Shown: positions 9,803-16,875 of the stretch, in pieces
Numbering within the stretch: the stretch's first letter is position 1
Layout of the letters: each line of letters opens with the position of its first letter
Sequence record: SRR20825006_597
DNA length: 20,000 bases
Direction: 5' to 3' (one strand)
Notes under the pieces: generated by a model
What the model was told of the DNA's origin: nothing
Databases searched by the model: none
Seen by the model: the letters and a program-made list of their open reading frames with translations, nothing else
Position numbers and translations under genes: made by a program

Positions 9803-9836
9803 ATAAAAAAACCGGCTTTATAGCCGGTTTTTTTAT
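9803..9836. terminator. Bidirectional intrinsic terminator between convergent prc and the oxygenase gene
   Basis: ATAAAAAAACCGGCT-TTAT-AGCCGGTTTTTTTAT: perfect inverted repeat with A and T tracts. Confidence 0.9.
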
Positions 9837-9876
9837 GGCGCGCCTTGGCCACATCGCGATGCTAACAGCGTACTCG

Positions 9877-11019
9877 TCAGGCCAGTGCCTTAAAGCCCCA
9901 GCGTGCCGGGTTATCACCCAGCCCGGCTTTAAGGGTGCGCCGCCCCAGCTGGTGATTAAACCCCTCCAGTGCCCGCTTGGCCGGGTCCGGCAGCAAGCGT
10001 AAACCGAAGCTGGCAGTGGTGATCGCCGTTTTTACTACTCTTACGGCGGCCGTGGCTGAAACCGTGCTGTGAATATTCAGATCGTCAGCCACCTGATCAC
10101 CGATCAGGTAGCGACTGAAGGCCAGCAGCACATCGTAGGAAAGATTAAACGGCGGCTTGCCGGACATGTCCTTGAGCAAGGCCTTGGCGAGAGACTCACT
10201 GTCCGGCGTGGGATCGTAGAGATGCGAGGTCAATTGCAGGGCCATCACGCTTTGCTCTTCCAGTGTACTGGTCAGCAAGGCCTCGTTCACGCCCAGTAAA
10301 TACCCGGCATAACGCCAGAAATAGTGCATGGACTCATGTTCGCGCCGGGAAATCGGCAGGCCGAGACGCTTGAGCCCCCGCACCACCATGAAATCAAATT
10401 CCAGCACCGTACCTGCCATATCTTCCTGATTGATCGGCAAGTCATACTTTTCATTGTCCCAGCGCGGGTTGTTGGCCAGGAATTGCCGCACAGCCGCATG
10501 CAGCAGCCGGACCTCCATCAAGGTTCGGTGCCCCAGCCCCCCGGGGCGGATGCCGTCATCCCCAACGATATTGTGCAGCATCTGCCCGGTTTCATAGATG
10601 CGCCGGGACACATCCTTTTGCAGCCGGCCGGTAGCAACCAGCACCTGGGACGGCTTGTTGTGCGCATAGCCTTCGACCAGGCTGGAGCACATCAGCACCA
10701 GCCCCTGAAGCGCACCGTTGCGGCGGTACATACGCCGCCCCAGCTCCATTTCCTCGAAATCCACCCAGCTCGGTACGGTATAGCAATGGTCCAGAAAGGC
10801 CTGAAAATCCCCCCCTTCCGCTTTCGCCCGACGCTCCACTTCATCGAGAAGCCCTGACGGACGGGTAAATTTGATTTGCGCGGCGCAGCGGTCAGCTAAC
10901 GGGTCCTGTACCTGTCGCCAGGCATTCAGCTTCTCGTGGGAATAGCGGTCCCACCAGATGCGTTCCTGGGGAGATTGGGGACCTTTCGCAAAACGGGTTA
11001 ATTCCTGCGGCGTTGCCAT
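9877..11019 (-). CDS. MpaB/Lcp-like (DUF2236) putative heme oxygenase
   Basis: PSWVDF, RRIYET, VRLLHAAVR, PINQED and WRYAGYLLG motifs typical of the MpaB/rubber-oxygenase catalytic domain. GAGG RBS; no obvious signal peptide. Confidence 0.85.
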   Translation of the reverse strand: MATPQELTRFAKGPQSPQERIWWDRYSHEKLNAWRQVQDPLADRCAAQIKFTRPSGLLDEVERRAKAEGGDFQAFLDHCYTVPSWVDFEEMELGRRMYRRNGALQGLVLMCSSLVEGYAHNKPSQVLVATGRLQKDVSRRIYETGQMLHNIVGDDGIRPGGLGHRTLMEVRLLHAAVRQFLANNPRWDNEKYDLPINQEDMAGTVLEFDFMVVRGLKRLGLPISRREHESMHYFWRYAGYLLGVNEALLTSTLEEQSVMALQLTSHLYDPTPDSESLAKALLKDMSGKPPFNLSYDVLLAFSRYLIGDQVADDLNIHSTVSATAAVRVVKTAITTASFGLRLLPDPAKRALEGFNHQLGRRTLKAGLGDNPARWGFKALA

Positions 11020-11037
11020 GCATACCTCTTCGTTGTT

Positions 11038-11109
11038 GTTCTATTCAGAATTCACGACAGAACTCGCGGGTTCTGAATAGAACTTAGGGTAGCCGGCAGT
11101 TGCGGTCAA
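11038..11109 (-). promoter_or_regulatory. Putative promoter (TTGACC-N17-TAAGTT) overlapped by two palindromic operator-like sites
   Basis: On the - strand, -35 at 11109-11104 and -10 at 11086-11081. Palindromes GTTCT-ATTC-AGAAT (11038-11051) and GTTCT-GAAT-AGAAC (11070-11083). Confidence 0.55.
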
Positions 11110-11113
11110 CACA

Positions 11114-11884
11114 CTAAACAGAGGAATCTGTTACCCCCTCAAGAAGCGTATTGATAAGCCATCGGGGCGCATCCAGCGGAAGATCATGGCCCGCTTCCGC
11201 ATGCATCTTCAGTGGGAGTTGCCAGGCGGCGGCCAGCCGCCGGGAGCAGCTGGGGCTAACCAGGCGATCCCCTTGCCCGTTAACAATGATTACCGGCACA
11301 GAATCCGGCAGCGCCACCGGCGCCCGAAAACGTATGGCTGCGAGAAGCTGGCGCAGGCTGTTGCTGAGCGAAACCGGCTGCGAGCCCGCATAGCCAGCCC
11401 ATTTTTCCGCCAGGGCGTGCAGAAAATCACGCTCGCGCATATTCGAGGTAATCTCAAGGATGGCGGTCTCTTTACGCAGGGTGTCGCGGCTGAACACAGC
11501 CTCTCGCAACAATCGACGGTAATTCATCGGCCGTAAGCGCTGCCAGAAAGGACTGAAACGACTGGCGCTGGTATTGATCAGGCCGGCAAATGCGACCTCA
11601 TGGGGAGCCTGACAAAGCCACTGCACCGCCATCATCGCACCCAACGACAGGGCCACCACATGATAAGGGCCACTATGCCCTTGCGAGTGCAGCTGCTCAC
11701 GGGCATGGGCCACCATGGCTGCAATCCGCGTCGGGCTGCGTTCCTGCCAGAATTCGCCGTTACCGGGCAGGTCCAGCGTAATAACCGTATCCTGCGGCAC
11801 CGCAGCTTGAAACTGCTCCGGAAACCCTTCCCAATGCCGCTTTTCACGAACCAGGCCTCGCAATAACACCCAGGTTCTCGCCAT
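11114..11884 (-). CDS. Alpha/beta-fold hydrolase
   Basis: DLPGNG, nucleophile elbow ALSLG, acid in GQGDRLV and His in AGHDLPLD. AAGGAGAG RBS. Confidence 0.88.
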   Translation of the reverse strand: MARTWVLLRGLVREKRHWEGFPEQFQAAVPQDTVITLDLPGNGEFWQERSPTRIAAMVAHAREQLHSQGHSGPYHVVALSLGAMMAVQWLCQAPHEVAFAGLINTSASRFSPFWQRLRPMNYRRLLREAVFSRDTLRKETAILEITSNMRERDFLHALAEKWAGYAGSQPVSLSNSLRQLLAAIRFRAPVALPDSVPVIIVNGQGDRLVSPSCSRRLAAAWQLPLKMHAEAGHDLPLDAPRWLINTLLEGVTDSSV

Positions 11885-11903
11885 GTGTTCTCTCCTTGGG
11901 ACA

Positions 11904-11932
11904 ATGACCCGCTTTACAATACGGGCTAGAAT
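11904..11932 (+). promoter_or_regulatory. Putative promoter of the ABC1 kinase gene (ATGACC-N17-TAGAAT)
   Basis: ATGACC at 11904-11909, 17-nt spacer, TAGAAT at 11927-11932. Confidence 0.45.
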
Positions 11933-11974
11933 GCCACCGGCTTTCAGGATGGCAAATGGAGTTTCCTCGCGACT

Positions 11975-13402
11975 ATGGCACGTAAAACAGTAAAACGGGT
12001 TAAAACAGGTTCTGTGGAGCGGCGCTTCTCAATGGCCAAAGCCGGCTTTCTGGCGGGTGCCAAGTATGCCACCGCCAGTGCAGGCACACTGTTCACCGCT
12101 AAAGACAAACGTGATGACCGGCGCAAGGAAATCTTGTCTGCCCGTGCCCAGGAGCTGGTGGAAGAGCTGGGCAGCCTGAAAGGTTCGGTGGTGAAAATTG
12201 GCCAGATGATGGCACTGTTCGGCGAGCACTTCCTGCCCGAAGAGGTCACCACTGCCCTGCATACACTGGAAAACCAGACAACCGCACTGGAATGGCCAGC
12301 CATCCAGAGGCACCTCAAGCGCCAGCTCGGTGAAGTCAAACTGGCTGAGCTGGAGATTGAGCAACAACCGCTGGGGGCTGCCTCGCTGGCGCAGGTGCAC
12401 AAGGCCGTGCGCAAGTCAGATGGCAAGGAACTGTGCCTGAAGATCCAGTACCCCGGCGTCGCTGACGCGATTGATTCCGACATGCGTGCGCTGGTACGGC
12501 TGCTGAAGTTGAGCCGCCTGGTACCCATGACCGAACAATTCAACATGTGGCTCGATGAAGTGCGCGAGATGCTCAAGCGCGAAGTGGATTATGACCTAGA
12601 GGCTCATACCACCCGCCATTTCCGTGCCGCGCTGGCCGATGACACGCGTTTTGTGGTTCCGGAAATTGTTCCTGAATTCTCAACGCACAACATCATGTGC
12701 ATGACCTTCGAACGAGGCATTGGCGTCAATGATCCCGCCGTGCTTGAGCTGTCCCAGACCCGCCGCAACTTTATCGGCCGAGCCATCATGGAGCTGTGCT
12801 GCCGGGAAGTGTTCGAATGGAACAAGATGCAAACGGACCCGAATTTCGGCAACTATCTGCTGCGTATTGGGGAAACCCCGGAGCAGGACCAGATCGTGCT
12901 GCTGGATTTCGGCGCCATCCGTGATTTCGACAACGAAGTGCTTGGCCCGGGCCGGGAGATGATTCGTGCCTCCTTTTACCACGATACAGACCGGCTGATC
13001 CGGGCGCTCAACGCCCTGGACTTTCTGGCCCGTAACGCCCCGCGCAAATTGCTTGAGGAGTTCTCTGAGCTCTGTTTCGAAGCGGTTGAAGTGTTGCAGG
13101 ACCCGGACCGTTTTCCGCCCCCGGCCTCCGTGCTGAATGATAATGGTGAGTACTGCTGGGGCAAGAGCAACCTGCCCAACCGCATCATGAATCGTGCCGG
13201 CCGCAATGCTCTCTCGGTGCATTTTGATGTGCCACCCAAGGAGTTCATCTTCCTCGCCCGCAAGCTACTCGGCGCATACACATTTTTGCACGTGATCGAG
13301 TCTGAGGTCCGCGGCAACACCATCCTTGAACCTTTCATTCACATGCAGGAAGAGGACGATATCGCCCTGGTTGATCAAAAAACAATCAGTCCGGGCGGGT
13401 AA
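11975..13402 (+). CDS. ABC1/AarF/UbiB-family atypical kinase (COQ8-like)
   Basis: KxGQ (VKIGQ), A-rich loop (AASLAQVH), KIQYPG, DPNFGN and DFG motifs. Confidence 0.93.
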   Translation: MARKTVKRVKTGSVERRFSMAKAGFLAGAKYATASAGTLFTAKDKRDDRRKEILSARAQELVEELGSLKGSVVKIGQMMALFGEHFLPEEVTTALHTLENQTTALEWPAIQRHLKRQLGEVKLAELEIEQQPLGAASLAQVHKAVRKSDGKELCLKIQYPGVADAIDSDMRALVRLLKLSRLVPMTEQFNMWLDEVREMLKREVDYDLEAHTTRHFRAALADDTRFVVPEIVPEFSTHNIMCMTFERGIGVNDPAVLELSQTRRNFIGRAIMELCCREVFEWNKMQTDPNFGNYLLRIGETPEQDQIVLLDFGAIRDFDNEVLGPGREMIRASFYHDTDRLIRALNALDFLARNAPRKLLEEFSELCFEAVEVLQDPDRFPPPASVLNDNGEYCWGKSNLPNRIMNRAGRNALSVHFDVPPKEFIFLARKLLGAYTFLHVIESEVRGNTILEPFIHMQEEDDIALVDQKTISPGG

Positions 13403-13478
13403 TCCCCACTACAACGGGTGCCGATAGGCCAAAACGCTCATTTATCGGCCACTTATCGGTGCGATAACCATTTGTCAT

Positions 13479-13507
13479 TTGCCAAGCTGGCACGTGCACA
13501 ATAAGGT
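13479..13507 (+). promoter_or_regulatory. Putative sigma70 promoter of the pnt operon (TTGCCA-N17-TAAGGT)
   Basis: TTGCCA at 13479-13484 and TAAGGT at 13502-13507. Confidence 0.4.
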
Positions 13508-13522
13508 TAGCACCCTGCTCAT

Positions 13523-13551
13523 CGGCCGGTTCACCTGAACCGGCCGTTTTT
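13523..13551 (+). terminator. Terminator-like hairpin upstream of pntAA (ABC1 gene terminator or pnt leader element)
   Basis: CGGCCGGTTCA-CC-TGAACCGGCCG followed by TTTTT. Confidence 0.6.
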
Positions 13552-13635
13552 CGAGGCTTTCAGAGGTTTCGGGTTGCCAATATCCTCCCTCCTGAATAGC
13601 CAATTATTTGCGAACCACAGACGGGGGTAACGCAG

Positions 13636-14859
13636 GTGATTATCGGTGTTCCCAAAGAAATCTGCCCTGGCGAGCAGCGCGTTGCTTTAACGCCTGCCAA
13701 TGTCAGCGCACTGCTGAAAAAACAAGGTGTCGAGATCATCATCGAGCGCGGCGCCGGCGAGATTGCCGGTTATCCGGACAGCACTTATGAAGCTGCCGGA
13801 GCCAAGCTGGTTGATCGCGATGAGGTGTTCTCTTCCGCTCAAGTTGTTCTGCAGGTGCAAACGCCTGGCAGCAACATCAAGAACGGTGATGAGGATCTGA
13901 ACAAACTGAAGGAAGGCCAGGTTCTGATCGGCATGACCGATCCGCTGGCTAACCCGCAATTTGCCCAGTCCCTGGCCGAAAAGAAAGTCTCCGGCCTGGC
14001 GCTTGAGCTGGTACCGCGTATTACTCGCGCCCAGGCCATGGATGTGCTGTCTTCCATGGCCATGATCGCAGGTTACAAGTGTGTACTGCTCGCCGCGACC
14101 GAATCCCAACGCATGTTCCCCATGAACATGACCGCCGCCGGCACCATGAAGCCGTCACGCGTGTTCATCATGGGTGCAGGTGTTGCCGGTCTGCAGGCCT
14201 GTGCTACTGCCAAGCGCCTGGGTGCTGTCGTTGAAGCCTACGACGTTCGCCCCGCTGCCCGTGAACAGATCCTGTCTGTTGGCGCCAAGCCGGTCGAGCT
14301 TGATCTGGATACCGGCGAAGCGGAAGGCTCCGGCGGTTACGCCAAGGCCCAGGGTGAAGACTTCCTCAAGCGTCAGCGTGAGTTGATGACCGAAGTCGTG
14401 AAAGAGATGGACGTGATCGTCACCACCGCGGCGGTTCCCGGCGCCAAGAGCCCGATCCTGGTTACCGAAGACATGGTGAAAGCCATGAAACCCGGTTCCA
14501 TCATTGTGGATCTGGCTGCTGAGCGTGGCGGCAACTGCGACCTCACCGAGTCCGGCAAAACAGTAGTGAAGCACGGCGTGACCATCATCGGTCCGGAAAA
14601 CGTGCCCTCCTCTGTGGCGTTCCATGCCAGCCAGATGTTTGGCAAGAACATGGAAAACCTGCTTAACCTGCTGATCGACGATAACGGCGAGCTGCAGCTG
14701 GATTTCGAAGACGAAATCGTTGCCGAAACCGTGATTAGTCACGATGGCGACGTTCCCCAAGCCCGTCTGCGCGACATTCTGGGTCTCCCCGCTCTGGCCA
14801 AGCCTGAGCCGGAAGCCGCGGAAGAAGCGTCCGACGCGGACAGCAAGGAGGAAAAGTAA
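13636..14859 (+). CDS. pntAA: NAD(P) transhydrogenase alpha subunit, part 1 (dI, NAD-binding)
   Basis: IGVPKE...EQRVALTP, PRITRAQAMDVLSS, GAGVAGL, mobile loop GSGGYAK and DLAAERGGNC. Confidence 0.96.
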   Translation: MIIGVPKEICPGEQRVALTPANVSALLKKQGVEIIIERGAGEIAGYPDSTYEAAGAKLVDRDEVFSSAQVVLQVQTPGSNIKNGDEDLNKLKEGQVLIGMTDPLANPQFAQSLAEKKVSGLALELVPRITRAQAMDVLSSMAMIAGYKCVLLAATESQRMFPMNMTAAGTMKPSRVFIMGAGVAGLQACATAKRLGAVVEAYDVRPAAREQILSVGAKPVELDLDTGEAEGSGGYAKAQGEDFLKRQRELMTEVVKEMDVIVTTAAVPGAKSPILVTEDMVKAMKPGSIIVDLAAERGGNCDLTESGKTVVKHGVTIIGPENVPSSVAFHASQMFGKNMENLLNLLIDDNGELQLDFEDEIVAETVISHDGDVPQARLRDILGLPALAKPEPEAAEEASDADSKEEK

Positions 14860-15134
14860 TGGATTTCGTAGCCCAACTTACCCTGTTTGTGCTGGCGATC
14901 TTCCTCGGTGTGGAACTGATCACCAAAGTTCCGCCGACCCTGCACACCCCGCTGATGTCCGGTTCCAACGCGATTTCCGGTATCACCGTGGTGGGCGCCT
15001 TGATTGCGGCCGGGTCTGATTCCGGCATGTTGATCAATGTGCTGGGCTTTGCCGCGGTGGTTCTGGCCACCATTAACGTGATTGGCGGCTTTATGGTCAC
15101 CAATCGAATGCTGGCGATGTTCAAGAGGAAGTAA
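14859..15134 (+). CDS. pntAB: NAD(P) transhydrogenase alpha subunit, part 2 (membrane)
   Basis: VPPTLHTPLMSGSNAISG and INVIGGFMVTNRMLAMF. TAATG overlap with the pntAA stop. Confidence 0.95.
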   Translation: MDFVAQLTLFVLAIFLGVELITKVPPTLHTPLMSGSNAISGITVVGALIAAGSDSGMLINVLGFAAVVLATINVIGGFMVTNRMLAMFKRK

Positions 15135-15137
15135 ACC

Positions 15138-16520
15138 ATGCACGTTTCTCAGAACTGGATTGATATCGCCTACTTGATCGCCGCCTGCCTGTTTGTGCTG
15201 GGCATCAAGGGGCTGACCAAGCCGAAAACAGCGGTACGCGGTAACCTGCTGGCAGCAGCCGGTATGGGCGTGGCCGCCGTGGTAACCCTGCTCAACGAGC
15301 ATATCGTTACCTACGAAGTGATCATTGCCGGCGTCGTCGTCGGTGGCCTGATTGGTGCCATCATGGCCAAGAAGGTTCAGATGACCTCCATGCCGCAGAT
15401 GATTGCACTGCTCAACGGTTTTGGTGGCGGTGCCTCCTTTGCTGTTGCCTCAGCGGAATTCTTCCGTGGTTCCGCCAACGATACGGTATCCATCATCGCC
15501 ACCGGCGCGGCCGTATTGATTGGTGCTGTTACCCTGACCGGTTCTCTTGTGGCGTTTGCCAAGCTGCAGGAGCTCATCGACGGCAAGCCCATGGGCTTCC
15601 CCGGCATGAAACTGGTTAACGCCATCCTGTTTATTGGTTCTCTCGTCGGTATCGGCTACCTGGTGGTTAACCCGGGTAACGAAATGGTGTTCTGGAGCCT
15701 GGTGGCAGCGGCCATGGTGCTCGGCCTGTTCCTGGTACTGCCGATTGGCGGTGCAGACATGCCTGTTGTAATCGCCCTGCTGAACTCCTACTCCGGTGTG
15801 GCAGCCTCTGCGGCCGGTTTCGTAATGGGCAACAGCGCCCTGATCATTACCGGTTCCCTGGTAGGCGCATCCGGTCTGATCCTGACCAGCATCATGTGTA
15901 AAGCCATGAATCGCTCTCTCACCAATGTTCTCTTTGGTGTAATGGCAGAAGCCGGCGAAGCCATGGATGCGGACGAAGTCTACGCAGGCAAGGTCAAGTC
16001 CACCTCTGCTGACGAAGTGGCGATGATGCTGGAAACCGCACGACGCGTTGTTATCGTACCCGGCTTTGGTCTGGCGATGGCTCAAGCGCAGCACGCTGTA
16101 CGTGAATTGGCTGACACCATGGAAGCCGCTGGCATCGAAGTGGAGTACGCCATTCACCCCGTTGCCGGTCGTATGCCAGGCCACATGAACGTTCTGCTGG
16201 CCGAAGCCGAAGTGCCGTACGATAAGCTCAAGGATATGGATCAAATCAACCCGACCTTCGAGCAGACCGATGTAGCCATCGTGCTGGGCGCCAACGACGT
16301 AACCAACCCCATGGCCCGCGAAGACAAAGGCAGCCCGATTTACGGCATGCCGATCCTTAACGTGGACAAGGCCAAGACTGTGGTTGTGGTAAAACGCTCT
16401 CTGAGCGCCGGTTTTGCCGGCCTGCCCAACCCGCTGTTCGCCAAGGACAACACCTTGATGTTGTTCGGTGACGGTAAAGGCGCCGTGCTGGATATCACCA
16501 CCGCCCTGAAAGAAGGCTGA
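15138..16520 (+). CDS. pntB: NAD(P) transhydrogenase beta subunit
   Basis: GGADMPVVIALLNSYSG, IHPVAGRMPGHMNVLLAEA, GANDVTNP and PIYGMP. Confidence 0.97.
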   Translation: MHVSQNWIDIAYLIAACLFVLGIKGLTKPKTAVRGNLLAAAGMGVAAVVTLLNEHIVTYEVIIAGVVVGGLIGAIMAKKVQMTSMPQMIALLNGFGGGASFAVASAEFFRGSANDTVSIIATGAAVLIGAVTLTGSLVAFAKLQELIDGKPMGFPGMKLVNAILFIGSLVGIGYLVVNPGNEMVFWSLVAAAMVLGLFLVLPIGGADMPVVIALLNSYSGVAASAAGFVMGNSALIITGSLVGASGLILTSIMCKAMNRSLTNVLFGVMAEAGEAMDADEVYAGKVKSTSADEVAMMLETARRVVIVPGFGLAMAQAQHAVRELADTMEAAGIEVEYAIHPVAGRMPGHMNVLLAEAEVPYDKLKDMDQINPTFEQTDVAIVLGANDVTNPMAREDKGSPIYGMPILNVDKAKTVVVVKRSLSAGFAGLPNPLFAKDNTLMLFGDGKGAVLDITTALKEG

Positions 16521-16534
16521 TCCACTGCCTTCGT

Positions 16535-16564
16535 AAAAAAGGAGCCTTCGGGCTCCTTTTTTTT
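16535..16564. terminator. Intrinsic terminator of the pnt operon (potentially bidirectional)
   Basis: AAAAAAGGAGCC-TTCG-GGCTCCTTTTTTTT with a C(UUCG)G tetraloop. Confidence 0.92.
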
Positions 16565-16820
16565 GGCCACGGATTGGCCACATCGCGGGTAACGACACAC
16601 TACGCACCTCACTACAAAATCCCCGCTCATTTATCACCTAATCACAGGAATCCTGAAAAGACAGCGCTGGCAGCGTCTTTGTCATGCAAGCAATGAGTCC
16701 GACACAGAGCGTGAAAGCAGAGACGAAGAAAGTGATGTTAACAGCGCGGATGTTTAGCGCGAATGGAGCTGCATGAGCATACGTGCTTCCCCCTTCCCCT
16801 CCATTCAGTGCCGCCACGCA

Positions 16821-16857
16821 CAAAAAAGCCCCAGCCTGTCCAGGCCGGGGCTTTTTG
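16821..16857 (-). terminator. Intrinsic terminator of mscS-DUF481 (potentially bidirectional)
   Basis: On the - strand: AAAAAGCCCCGGCCTG-GA-CAGGCTGGGGCTTTTTTG, about 20 nt after the DUF481 stop. Confidence 0.88.
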
Positions 16858-16875
16858 TAACGCAGAAAAGTCGCT

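Noticed and set aside
13488..13503. TGGCACG upstream of pntAA as a sigma54 -24 element
   Set aside because: No TTGC/GC at the -12 position.
14859..15134. Split pntA as a frameshift or pseudogene
   Set aside because: Three-subunit transhydrogenases are established, and the second part has its own GGAGG RBS and a TAATG overlap.
16565..16820. CsrB/RsmY-type sponge RNA or a housekeeping RNA (tRNA, SRP, 6S, tmRNA)
   Set aside because: Only about four GGA motifs, and no recognisable conserved motifs of housekeeping RNAs.
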